Shown: in pieces, positions 1 through 9,647 of the stretch
How the letters are laid out: each line of letters opens with the position of its first letter
Position numbering within the stretch: position 1 is the stretch's first letter
From: Euprymna scolopes
Lineage: Eukaryota
Length of the DNA stretch: 55,933 nucleotides
NCBI GenBank assembly: GCA_053919585.1
Contig: JBSSHM010000333.1
Strand: one strand, 5' to 3'
Position numbers and translations under genes: made by a program
Notes under the pieces: model-generated
Seen by the model: the letters and a program-made list of their open reading frames with translations, nothing else
Database searches by the model: none
Told to the model about the DNA's origin: nothing

Positions 1-311
1 AGACTGCCCAGTTGTCTAAACTGTTTAAGTTGTTCTAATGGGAAATCTTCATAACCACTCAAATACAAAAGCGAATACAACAATGCCGAACCATGCCCGG
101 CAGAAAGTACAAATCGATCACGATTTGCCCATTCAGTATCTAGGGGATAATGGTTTAGAAAGCGTGTAAAAAGCACCGTGGCAACATCTGCCATTCCCAT
201 AGGCAAACCAGGGTGTCCAGAATTTGCTTGTTGTACTGCATCCATAGAAAGAATGCGTATACAATTTGCCATGTGTTGAAGGGAATTATTAAAAAATGAA
301 CAATCAGACAT
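1..311 (-). CDS. tkt: Transketolase, N-terminal part (runs off window start)
   Basis: Manual translation [42 protein letters not shown]...[17 protein letters not shown]; SGHPG and DRFVLSAGH motifs. Alternative start at 272. Confidence 0.95.
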   Translation of the reverse strand, partial: MSDCSFFNNSLQHMANCIRILSMDAVQQANSGHPGLPMGMADVATVLFTRFLNHYPLDTEWANRDRFVLSAGHGSALLYSLLYLSGYEDFPLEQLKQFRQLGS

Positions 312-403
312 CTTGTTTTATATCCTTATTGATTATCGTTAAGATAGCTTAGACAGTAGCCAAATCATGTAGCCTTCAACTGTGTTAAAAAAACAATCAA
401 AGT

Positions 404-480
404 TGGCGGAGCGGACGGGACTCGAACCCGCGACCCCCGGCGTGACAGGCCGGTATTCTAACCAACTGAACTACCGCTCC
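404..480 (-). tRNA. tRNA-Asp(GTC)
   Basis: Reverse complement GGAGCGGTAGTTCAGTTGGTTAGAATACCGGCCTGTCACGCCGGGGGTCGCGGGTTCGAGTCCCGTCCGCTCCGCCA; cloverleaf, GTC anticodon, CCA end. Confidence 0.98.
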
Positions 481-562
481 AAGTAACTGATTCCACAAAA
501 TAGGCTTATCAGAAATTGTACACCATATACCACTAAACAGCTTATTCATGTATTCGTGATTA

Positions 563-638
563 TGGTGGGTGCTACAGGGCTTGAACCTGTGACCCCCGCC
601 TTGTAAGGGCGGTGCTCTCCCAACTGAGCTAAGCACCC
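563..638 (-). tRNA. tRNA-Val(TAC)
   Basis: Reverse complement GGGTGCTTAGCTCAGTTGGGAGAGCACCGCCCTTACAAGGCGGGGGTCACAGGTTCAAGCCCTGTAGCACCCACCA; common Val-Asp tandem. Confidence 0.98.
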
Positions 639-854
639 AAAATAGTAAAGTTATTTCACTACTCATCGTGTGAGACTTTTTTAATACCTCAGGGAAAATT
701 ATAACATTTTTACTAGCTAAATTTAGCAGTTAAGATGATAAAAAAATCCTGAAGATAACTCATAATGCAACACTTAACAACCCTTGGATTAATTTGTGAG
801 TGAAGTAAATGATTCATGCAACATGAATTTATTGTAGAGCTATCCCCTATATTC

Positions 855-890
855 TTTCCTTGTACAAAATATTTTCCTTGTATAAAATAT
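855..890. repeat. 18-bp tandem duplication TTTCCTTGTAYAAAATAT x2
   Basis: 855-872 and 873-890 differ at one base. Confidence 0.8.
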
Positions 891-1058
891 TTAAGGTAAT
901 TATGAAGAATGACTATCAAAACATACCCTATGTTTTGAGGCAATAGGTGCTTGACTTTGTTGTATTTATTATGCCACGCCTTAGCTACAACGTACCATCC
1001 TCGTTTATAATTTAATTTAGTCTTTTGTAAAGATATATTCTTTACATCAATATCCAGT

Positions 1059-1135
1059 CGGAGTGTAGCGCAGCCTGGTAGCGCAACTGCTTTGGGAGCA
1101 GTGGGTCGGGAGTTCGAATCTCTCCACTCCGACCA
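1059..1135 (+). tRNA. tRNA-Pro(TGG)
   Basis: CGGAGTGTAGCGCAGCCTGGTAGCGCAACTGCTTTGGGAGCAGTGGGTCGGGAGTTCGAATCTCTCCACTCCGACCA; anticodon arm ACTGC-TTTGGGA-GCAGT. Confidence 0.98.
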
Positions 1136-1298
1136 CCATACAAATTCAACAAAAATAACAATTAACCACTCATAAGGGCTTTTTTTTATGCCCATAACTT
1201 GTGGCTTTCTTTTACACTTTCTATTTTTGAATTCTAAATAATAGGACCTAAACTACTCATTGGAATATTGCCATTAAAGAATCTTCGCATAAATACAT

Positions 1299-1327
1299 AA
1301 AAAATAGCCGCATAAAAGCGGCTATTT
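1299..1327 (-). terminator. Intrinsic terminator after glnK
   Basis: Inverted repeat AAATAGCCGC-ATAAAA-GCGGCTATTT (1302-1327) with a U-tract on the minus strand, 20 bp past the glnK stop. Confidence 0.85.
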
Positions 1328-1346
1328 CTCAAATTAATAAGCGAAA

Positions 1347-1715
<369 letters not shown>

Positions 1716-3005
1716 TTAATTTTTACCCGTAAATTCTGGATAAGCTTCTATACCACATTCACTAATATCCATGCCTTTTTCTTCCTCTTCTTCAGTAATT
1801 CTAATACCGATGATTAGTTTAAGGATAAACCATAACACAGCACTGGTAATAAATACCCAAACAAATATTGTCAATGCACCGATGATTTGTGCAGAAAAAG
1901 TAACTCCATCATTTGACAATGGTACAGCTAACAGTCCCCAAAGCCCGACTACTCCATGAACAGAGATAGCACCAACTGGATCATCAATCTTCAATATCCG
2001 ATCAAGCACTAAAATTGATACCACTACTAATAACCCACCAATTAAACCAACAAACATAGCCATTGCAGGACTTGGTGCAAGTGGTTCAGCAGTAATTGCT
2101 ACCAACCCAGCTAAAACACCATTTAAAACCATAGATAGATCAACTTTACGGAACCAAATTTTTGATAAAAGAAAAGCTCCAATTGCACCAGCGGCAGCGG
2201 CGGCATTAGTATTTAAAAACACTAATGCAACTGCATTAGCACTTGCAACATCACTAAGCTTCAATACAGAACCACCATTAAAACCAAACCATCCTAACCA
2301 AAGAATGAATGTCCCCAACGCAGCCAAAGGCAAATTAGCACCTAAAATAGGTCTTGCATTGCCGCTTTTATCATATTTCCCTTTTCGCGCACCAAGCAAT
2401 AACACAGCACTCAATGCTGCACTAGCTCCAGCCATATGCACGATGCCTGATCCAGCAAAATCAGAGAAACCGATTTCACCCAAATCAAACAATCCAAAAA
2501 CACTTTTTCCACCCCAAGTCCAAGAACCCTCCATTGGGTAGATAATTGCAGTAAAAATTACTGCAAATACTAAAAATGCTGTCAATTTCATTCTTTCTGC
2601 CACAGCCCCTGATACAATCGACATAGCTGTCGCAACAAACACTACTTGAAAAAAGAAATCTGAGGCATTTGAATAAACTGAATCACCTGCAAAACCTGCT
2701 TCTTTAGATTCTGCAAGAACTGATTTTGTCAAAATAGCCATGCTTTCAGCACCATCTGTAGCAATACCTGCTAACAACATACCACCATCATACATGATGT
2801 CATAACCTATAACTAAATAAGCTGTACAAGAGATGGCAAACAATAGTACATTTTTAGTAAGAATTTCAGCAGTATTCTTACTACGCACTAAACCAGCTTC
2901 CAAAACTGAGAAACCAGCTGCCATCCACATTACTAACGCTCCCATTACTAAAAAATAAAAAGTATCGATAGCGTATTGAAGTTCAAAAATATTATTTTCT
3001 ATCAT
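1716..3005 (-). CDS. amtB: Ammonium transporter (Amt family)
   Basis: DFAGSGIVH, WFGFNGGS and DDPVGAISVHG motifs; both pore histidines present. Confidence 0.95.
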   Translation of the reverse strand: MIENNIFELQYAIDTFYFLVMGALVMWMAAGFSVLEAGLVRSKNTAEILTKNVLLFAISCTAYLVIGYDIMYDGGMLLAGIATDGAESMAILTKSVLAESKEAGFAGDSVYSNASDFFFQVVFVATAMSIVSGAVAERMKLTAFLVFAVIFTAIIYPMEGSWTWGGKSVFGLFDLGEIGFSDFAGSGIVHMAGASAALSAVLLLGARKGKYDKSGNARPILGANLPLAALGTFILWLGWFGFNGGSVLKLSDVASANAVALVFLNTNAAAAAGAIGAFLLSKIWFRKVDLSMVLNGVLAGLVAITAEPLAPSPAMAMFVGLIGGLLVVVSILVLDRILKIDDPVGAISVHGVVGLWGLLAVPLSNDGVTFSAQIIGALTIFVWVFITSAVLWFILKLIIGIRITEEEEEKGMDISECGIEAYPEFTGKN

Positions 3006-3116
3006 TGTTTAAAATAAAAGTTAATCTAAAAATTAATACTCATTACAAAATGAGTTACATTGTTTCTGTTTATCTATTTTTATACTTTCATAATCACCTC
3101 CTTATATATCTAATCA

Positions 3117-4337
3117 TTAATGAAATTCCCAAATTAAATCATTAAGAAAAATTTTTCCTAGATGAGTGGTTTGATAGGTATTAGTTATGTCATTTTTTTC
3201 AATCATTTTTTTTGCTACGGGTATGACCACTTTATCTTCTATATATATCCGAGACAAGCCAGTCATACGTTGACATTCAGCTATTGAAAATGGTCTATTC
3301 AAACGCAAACGATTAAGCATATATTCAAATAAAATTTCCTGCTCTAACACTTCTGTGACAAGCATTCCACTGACACATTTCCCTTGCTTACCAACATTCT
3401 CTAATAAAGATGCAGGCATTTTTGAGATTTTCTCAATTCCCTGCATATAACTCAACGGGGAATTACGGTGCTGAGTACGCATACACACCAATCTATTGCC
3501 TACCTCTTCTTTTTTTATAGAAATTTTTCCATGTGCTCCTGCACCAATGCCAATATAATCACCAAAATTCCAATAATTTATATTGTGCTGACATTGAGCA
3601 TTGTCTTCACGTGCCCATGCAGAAACCTCATAAGAAATAAAACCCTCTTCAGTTAGAAATTTTTCACCCTGATTAGCTATCTTGTATGTCAAGTCATCAT
3701 CAGGGATGCCTTGAGGAGGACGTCGATAAAACCCTGTATTTTCCTCTAAGGTTAGTTGATAGTATGAAAGATGCTCTGTTTCACAAGACACTGCCGCTTG
3801 CAAATCAGCCAAAGCTACTGCTAAAGTCTGCTGAGGCAATGCATACATCAAATCCAGATTAATTCGATCAAATCCTGTTTGATGGGCAAGTTCCACTGCT
3901 TGATAATTATCATCTGAACAATGAATTCTGCCAAGTTGCTTTAGTAAACAGTCATTAAAACTTTGCACACCAATTGATAAACGATTAACCCCTGCCTCAG
4001 CATAGGCTGAAAAATACTGACTATCTATTGCCCCAGGATTTGCTTCTACTGTAACTTCAATCCCTTCATCAGCACACTGAAAAGAGCTAAACACAAATTG
4101 TAATAACCGATGCATCTCCTTCGGTGGATACAGACTAGGTGTTCCACCACCAATAAAGATGGAAGAAATCGTCGAATTTTTAAGGTGAGGAAATAGTGAA
4201 TATTGATGCTTTAAATCGTTAATTAATGCATCAGTATAGCGAGCAAAAGGGGGAGAAGTAGGTAGGCGATGGGAGTTGAAATCGCAATAAGCACATTTTT
4301 TTATGCACCAAGGAATGTGTATATATAGAGCTATCAT
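3117..4337 (-). CDS. hemW: Radical SAM heme chaperone HemW
   Basis: LYIHIPWCIKKCAYCDFNS, GGGTPS and HNINYW motifs; start set at MIALYIH rather than 4388. Confidence 0.9.
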   Translation of the reverse strand: MIALYIHIPWCIKKCAYCDFNSHRLPTSPPFARYTDALINDLKHQYSLFPHLKNSTISSIFIGGGTPSLYPPKEMHRLLQFVFSSFQCADEGIEVTVEANPGAIDSQYFSAYAEAGVNRLSIGVQSFNDCLLKQLGRIHCSDDNYQAVELAHQTGFDRINLDLMYALPQQTLAVALADLQAAVSCETEHLSYYQLTLEENTGFYRRPPQGIPDDDLTYKIANQGEKFLTEEGFISYEVSAWAREDNAQCQHNINYWNFGDYIGIGAGAHGKISIKKEEVGNRLVCMRTQHRNSPLSYMQGIEKISKMPASLLENVGKQGKCVSGMLVTEVLEQEILFEYMLNRLRLNRPFSIAECQRMTGLSRIYIEDKVVIPVAKKMIEKNDITNTYQTTHLGKIFLNDLIWEFH

Positions 4338-4588
4338 TATTTTTTTGAATACTATATGATATGTGCAAACTATCTGCAAACACATCACTTAATATTCATT
4401 CCTCTATATAAACCACTACAAGGCAAATATTATTGATACTTTTTAACTTTCATCCGTATCTTTTCTTTAAAAAAACTCATCAATACGCAAACATAAATAC
4501 GCATATAGCTTATTTTTAAAAGAAGGAAAAAGTAAAAAGATTTTTTTCTACTAAGAATTCATTATACAGTAATATAATCTAAAGTATG

Positions 4589-4636
4589 CTAACTACTCTC
4601 TAACTACTCTCTAACTACTCTCTAACTACTCTCTAA
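4589..4636. repeat. 11-bp tandem repeat (CTAACTACTCT) x4 plus partial copy
   Basis: Perfect copies start at 4589, 4600, 4611 and 4622, then CTAA. Confidence 0.97.
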
Positions 4637-4681
4637 AAATTTTGTGATGTCATACAACATAACGCCAAATACATTCTAACT

Positions 4682-4858
4682 ATGGGAACATTTATTTTTG
4701 TTTTCTTGTTCCTATTATTTATTATTGCTCTCATGAGTATAGGAGTGATTTTTCGTAATAAGCCAATTAAAGGTTCCTGTGGTGGAATACAACAATGCCT
4801 AGACAAAGACACCCCTGCTTCTAAAAAAGAGTCTTGTCCTATTTGCGGAAAGCATTGA
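4682..4858 (+). CDS. nqrM: Na+-NQR maturation factor NqrM (DUF539), 58 aa
   Basis: Manual translation MGTFIFVFLFLLFIIALMSIGVIFRNKPIKGSCGGIQQCLDKDTPASKKESCPICGKH: one TM helix, KPIKGSCGG, Cys-rich tail. Confidence 0.85.
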   Translation: MGTFIFVFLFLLFIIALMSIGVIFRNKPIKGSCGGIQQCLDKDTPASKKESCPICGKH

Positions 4859-4949
4859 TTTTCGCTTATAATTAATTGACTAATAGGTGCTTTTCGTTCC
4901 TTGTGAAATTCTTAATTAAAAACCATCTTAACTTATACATTTATATCTT

Positions 4950-5042
4950 ATGGCAAGTGTTGCAAAAAAAAGACGTAAAAAAATTCGCAAACATAAGCAT
5001 AAAAAATTGCTTAAGCGTACACGTCATAGTCGTCGTAAATAA
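4950..5042 (+). CDS. 30S ribosomal protein bS22 (AURKAIP1/COX24/mS38, DUF1713 family), 30 aa
   Basis: Manual translation MASVAKKRRKKIRKHKHKKLLKRTRHSRRK; fits the bS22 pattern MxSVxKKRRKxxxKxKHxKLLxRTR. Confidence 0.85.
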   Translation: MASVAKKRRKKIRKHKHKKLLKRTRHSRRK

Positions 5043-5152
5043 TTAACAATTATTTAATACACTTTACTGCTGTCTCTATTACTTGTACTTGGATATTTTT
5101 TTCAGGTAAGTTTCTCGTGAATTGTTGACAAGAAAAGTATTATTGCTAATTT

Positions 5153-6337
5153 ATGGATATTTCTCAGCAACTAACACTCATTGAGCGTGGTACAGATGAA
5201 ATCATTCCAAATGATGAGCTTATTTCCAAACTAAAAGAAAATCGTCCGCTTCGAATTAAAGCAGGTTTTGATCCAACCTCTCCTGATTTACATCTTGGAC
5301 ATACCGTCTTAATCAATAAGCTTAAGCATTTTCAAGATTTAGGGCATACAATTATTTTCTTGATTGGAGATTTCACCGCTTCTATTGGCGATCCGAGTGG
5401 AAAAAACACCACACGCCCTCCTCTTTGCAAGGAAGAAATTGAGGCAAATACTGAAACCTATGCCAAACAAATCTTTAAAATCCTTGATCCTGAGAAAACC
5501 ATCGTAGAATACAATTCAACATGGTTTGCTAGCAAAGATGCCTCTGCAATGATCAAACTTGCTGCATCATCAACTGTGGCACGCATGCTTGAGCGTGATG
5601 ATTTTGAAAAACGCTATCATTCCAATCAACCCATTGCTATTCATGAATTTCTTTACCCCTTAGTACAAGGCTGGGATTCTGTGGAACTTAAAGCTGATAT
5701 TGAGCTAGGAGGAACGGATCAGAAATTCAATCTTCTTATGGGAAGAGAATTACAAAAACAACAAGGACAATCACCACAAATAATCATTACCATGCCACTG
5801 ATTGAAGGTTTAGACGGCGTAAATAAAATGTCCAAATCCTTAAATAACTATATTGCCATTGATGATTCCCCTAATGAAATGTTTGCAAAAATCATGTCAG
5901 TATCTGATGAATTAATGTGGCGTTATTATGAATTACTCAGCTTTAAAGATGAGAATGTTATTGAGCAACTCAAAAAACAAGCCAGCACAGGCACAAATCC
6001 TCGAGATATTAAAGCACAATTGGGTCGTGAGATTGTCGCAAGATTTTATAATGAAGAAGTAGCAAAACAAGCTGATGAAACTTTTACCAAACAGTTTCGA
6101 GATCAGCAGATACCAGATGATATTCCGCTTTATAACTACTTAGAACCATTGCCTCTTGCCAATGCTTTAAAAGAGAGCAAATTGTGTCAATCTACCAGTG
6201 AAGCTCGCACAATGATTAAACAAGGTGCCGTAAGAATGGATGGAGAAAAAATCCAAAAAATGATGACATTAGAAAGTGGAACAAATGCCACATTTCAAGT
6301 TGGAAAACGTAAATTTGCTCAAATTATTATTCAATAA
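5153..6337 (+). CDS. tyrS: Tyrosine--tRNA ligase
   Basis: [26 protein letters not shown] and a C-terminal S4-like domain. Confidence 0.97.
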   Translation: MDISQQLTLIERGTDEIIPNDELISKLKENRPLRIKAGFDPTSPDLHLGHTVLINKLKHFQDLGHTIIFLIGDFTASIGDPSGKNTTRPPLCKEEIEANTETYAKQIFKILDPEKTIVEYNSTWFASKDASAMIKLAASSTVARMLERDDFEKRYHSNQPIAIHEFLYPLVQGWDSVELKADIELGGTDQKFNLLMGRELQKQQGQSPQIIITMPLIEGLDGVNKMSKSLNNYIAIDDSPNEMFAKIMSVSDELMWRYYELLSFKDENVIEQLKKQASTGTNPRDIKAQLGREIVARFYNEEVAKQADETFTKQFRDQQIPDDIPLYNYLEPLPLANALKESKLCQSTSEARTMIKQGAVRMDGEKIQKMMTLESGTNATFQVGKRKFAQIIIQ

Positions 6338-6342
6338 AGACC

Positions 6343-6552
6343 ATGATTAGCATCTATTTAAACGGTGAAGCAAAGACCATTAACGAACCCATGACAATCT
6401 CTCATTTATTGAGAAGTTTAGACATTGATTTAGCAAAAAATAAAATTGCAGTTGAAATAAATAATGAAATATGCCCAAAAAGTCAACATGCAAGTACAGA
6501 AATTCATCATCACGATAAGATTGAAATAATCACCGCTGTCGGCGGTGGTTAA
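6343..6552 (+). CDS. thiS: Sulfur carrier protein ThiS
   Basis: 69 aa ending VGGG; upstream of thiG. Confidence 0.95.
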   Translation: MISIYLNGEAKTINEPMTISHLLRSLDIDLAKNKIAVEINNEICPKSQHASTEIHHHDKIEIITAVGGG

Positions 6553-6590
6553 ACACATTAACCAAGCATACTAAATAGGAGTATAAAAAT

Positions 6591-7376
6591 ATGAATGCAC
6601 AAGACACTTTTCAATGTGGTAGCCGCACTTTCACCTCACGCTTACTTGTTGGTACGGGAAAATATAAAGATTTAGAAGAAACTCGCTTAGCTGTTGAAGC
6701 TAGCGGTGCGGAAATTATCACCGTTGCTATTCGTAGAACAAATATCGGGCAAAACAAAGATGAACCAAGTCTTCTTGATGTATTGCCTATGGAAAAATAT
6801 ACCTATCTTCCCAATACTGCTGGCTGCTATAATGTCAAAGATGCTGTACGAACTTGTCAACTAGCTCGAGAACTTCTTGATGGTCATAATCTTGTTAAAC
6901 TTGAAGTATTAGGAGATGAGAAAACCTTATTTCCAGATATTCCACAAACTCTTGAGGCTGCAGAAATTCTTATTAAAGAAGGGTTTGAAGTGATGGCGTA
7001 CACAAGTGATGATCCAATTAGTGCTAGAAAACTTGCTGATATGGGATGCATAGCTGTCATGCCTCTTGCTGCACCTATTGGCTCTGGATTAGGTGTTCGC
7101 AATCCATACAACTTGAAAATCATCTTAGAGCAAGCAACCGTTCCCATTTTAGTTGATGCGGGAGTAGGTTGTGCATCAGATAGTGCTTATGCCATGGAAT
7201 TAGGTTGTGATGCCATCTTAATGAATACTGCTATAGCTGGTGCAGAAAATCCCATTCAAATGGCAAAAGCTATGAAGCTTGCTACTGAAGCCGGACGTTT
7301 ATCTTACCTTTCTGGTCGAATCCCACGCAAACTCTACGCTACCGCCTCCAGCACTATGAATGGGATTTTCTTCTAA
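6591..7376 (+). CDS. thiG: Thiazole synthase
   Basis: [22 protein letters not shown] and [12 protein letters not shown] motifs; AGGAG RBS. Confidence 0.97.
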   Translation: MNAQDTFQCGSRTFTSRLLVGTGKYKDLEETRLAVEASGAEIITVAIRRTNIGQNKDEPSLLDVLPMEKYTYLPNTAGCYNVKDAVRTCQLARELLDGHNLVKLEVLGDEKTLFPDIPQTLEAAEILIKEGFEVMAYTSDDPISARKLADMGCIAVMPLAAPIGSGLGVRNPYNLKIILEQATVPILVDAGVGCASDSAYAMELGCDAILMNTAIAGAENPIQMAKAMKLATEAGRLSYLSGRIPRKLYATASSTMNGIFF

Positions 7377-7425
7377 ATAGTTTCCCAAGACTCGTCATAT
7401 TTGCATAATGCATAAGGAGATATAA

Positions 7426-7938
7426 TTGCTTGAGTTAAAAAATAATACGCTCAGAGAAACTGAGCGTATTAGTCATCATTTTGCAGATTTTCTTATCAAT
7501 CATTCTGCACAAATTGTTCAAAATTGTCCACTTATCATCACTTTAGAAGGCAATCTTGGTGCAGGAAAAACAGCTTTTGCTCGAGCATTTATCTACAAAT
7601 TTCATGCTCATTATCAAACTAATACTGAGTTGCCTATAGTCACCAGTCCAACCTATAATATTCTCAATCACTATCCATTAACAATTCCAATCACACATAT
7701 TGACTGCTACCGTTTAGACTATGGAGAAGAATTAGACAGTATTGGTATTAGAGATTACCTCAATACAAAAGGAATTTTTCTTATAGAATGGGCATCAAAA
7801 ATTAACTATAAATGGGGCAATAATTATGTAGAAATTAATTTTTTACACAATTTAGATAAAAGAGCATTACAATTTAATAGGATAGAATTTGACAACACAA
7901 ATTACATAAAATTATTACACAAATGGTTAACAGAGTAA
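7426..7938 (+). CDS. tsaE: t6A biosynthesis ATPase TsaE
   Basis: GNLGAGKT, VTSPTY, HIDCYRL and LIEW motifs; TTG start after AAGGAGA. Confidence 0.93.
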   Translation: MLELKNNTLRETERISHHFADFLINHSAQIVQNCPLIITLEGNLGAGKTAFARAFIYKFHAHYQTNTELPIVTSPTYNILNHYPLTIPITHIDCYRLDYGEELDSIGIRDYLNTKGIFLIEWASKINYKWGNNYVEINFLHNLDKRALQFNRIEFDNTNYIKLLHKWLTE

Positions 7939-9533
7939 ACTACATATCCCATACAAGATTAATTGCCTACTCTATTCTTCTTTTTTCTTTTTCATCAATA
8001 TCTTATGCAAATGAAAAGGGAATCACGATTCTTAGAGGAATTAACATACAATACCCAGATTCAAACTCAAACTTTTCTGAAGTTAATGTTGTCATCAGTG
8101 CAAGTAAAAACTTTGATTACAAAACTTTCAAACTTGCTGCAAACAAAAAAGCCAATAAGCCTACTCGCTATGTTATAGATGCTTATCATTCCAAACCAAA
8201 ATTCTACATTAATGATGATTTTCAACGAATTTTTGACAAAGATAAGATTATTAAGCTTATCCGAGTTGGGAAAAATCATAAGGAGTTTACACGCATTGTT
8301 TTTGATTTAAAACAACCTGTTAATGCACAAATATCTGAACAAAAATCACGCTTTGGTGAAGGCAGTTTATTCGTTATATCATTCACACCAATCAATCAAC
8401 CAGCAAATTCGCCCTCCCCTCAAAAAAGGGATGCATCAGAACTCAATACATTGATTACCCCTAAAGGAGAACATCAAATATCTGAAAGTGGTGCTAACAG
8501 ACTATTACAAGCAAATAAACGAAGCAAATTAGCTAAGGAAAATGCTAAACACGGTGAAATCTTTACTGTTGTTATAGATCCCGGACATGGAGGAAGAGAT
8601 CCCGGAGCCATATCAAAAAATGGAAAAATTAAAGAAAAAAATATTAACCACTCTGTTGCCGTTAAAATAAAGCGGATAATTGATCAAGACCCAAACTTAC
8701 AGGCCTACCTAACGAGGAACTCTGATGTACAAGCTTCATTAGGAAAACGCATCCGCACTAGCCATAACAAAGCAGCTGATATTTTTATCTCTATTCATGT
8801 TGACTCTTTTCCTGCAGGTAATGATATAAATGGTGCTTCCGTTTTTGTACTTGCCGATAAATCTGCAAGTAATCAAATCGCACGATTATTAGCAAAAAAC
8901 GAGAATGAAGTTGATATAAAATACAACTTACAAGGTGTTGATGACATTACCAATAAAGATACCCAATTTATTGTCCGTGATTTACAAAGAAAATCCATTG
9001 ATTATGCCAGTGAAAAACTAGCTAAAGCTGTATTAAAACAGTTAGGCAAAGTGAAAAATTTGTTTTCTCCTATCCCTCGAAAAGGTCCCTTTGCCGTTCT
9101 CAAATCTTCCTATGTTCCTTCTATTCTGCTTGAACTAGGGTATATCACCAATGAAAAAGAAATGCAATCTTTAATTAAAAATTCAGAACAAGAAAAAATA
9201 GCTCGAGCCGTTTATCTAGGAATTAGAGATTATGCCAATGACAACTTAGACATCTCCATTAATAACTCTAAAAAAACCAATTCTACAAAAAAGCAAACAC
9301 AAAAACAAATAACTACTAAGAAAAAAACCATACAGTCTCAGCAAATAAAAAATAAAAAGGTGAAACGCTCATCAACAGTTAAAACAATCACCTATATTGT
9401 GAGAAAAGATGATACCTTTGAAAGTATTTCTCGCAAATTTAATGTGAAAGAAGACATCATAAAAAAGATGAACCCCAAATACCAAGAACTTATTTTTCCA
9501 GGTGATAAACTATCTTTACCTGCCCTACAATAG
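7923..9533 (+). CDS. amiB: N-acetylmuramoyl-L-alanine amidase (AMIN + Amidase_3 + LysM)
   Basis: IDPGHGGRDPGA, FISIH, LLELGYITN motifs; C-terminal LysM (YIVRKDDTFESIS); sits between tsaE and mutL. Confidence 0.9.
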   Translation: MVNRVNYISHTRLIAYSILLFSFSSISYANEKGITILRGINIQYPDSNSNFSEVNVVISASKNFDYKTFKLAANKKANKPTRYVIDAYHSKPKFYINDDFQRIFDKDKIIKLIRVGKNHKEFTRIVFDLKQPVNAQISEQKSRFGEGSLFVISFTPINQPANSPSPQKRDASELNTLITPKGEHQISESGANRLLQANKRSKLAKENAKHGEIFTVVIDPGHGGRDPGAISKNGKIKEKNINHSVAVKIKRIIDQDPNLQAYLTRNSDVQASLGKRIRTSHNKAADIFISIHVDSFPAGNDINGASVFVLADKSASNQIARLLAKNENEVDIKYNLQGVDDITNKDTQFIVRDLQRKSIDYASEKLAKAVLKQLGKVKNLFSPIPRKGPFAVLKSSYVPSILLELGYITNEKEMQSLIKNSEQEKIARAVYLGIRDYANDNLDISINNSKKTNSTKKQTQKQITTKKKTIQSQQIKNKKVKRSSTVKTITYIVRKDDTFESISRKFNVKEDIIKKMNPKYQELIFPGDKLSLPALQ

Positions 9534-9579
9534 TTAGGCACTTACTCAACGCTATCTGTGTACAGCACTAAATAGTAAC

Positions 9580-9606
9580 TATGATGATAAAACACTTATC
9601 ATCATA
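9580..9606. promoter_or_regulatory. 11-bp perfect inverted repeat upstream of mutL
   Basis: TATGATGATAA-AACAC-TTATCATCATA; function unknown. Confidence 0.4.
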
Positions 9607-9647
9607 TATATTATTTTTGTACTAACAGAGTCTTTATTTTTAAACCA

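Noticed and set aside
397-666. 89-aa ORF
   Set aside because: It is a translation of the tRNA-Val and tRNA-Asp genes.
713-1195. 160-aa ORF
   Set aside because: Antisense to tRNA-Pro, with no recognisable domain.
4589-4636. Possible CRISPR array
   Set aside because: The 11-bp units abut with no spacers, and there are no cas genes.
6337-6343. TPP riboswitch before thiS-thiG
   Set aside because: Only 5 bp separate tyrS and thiS, leaving no room.
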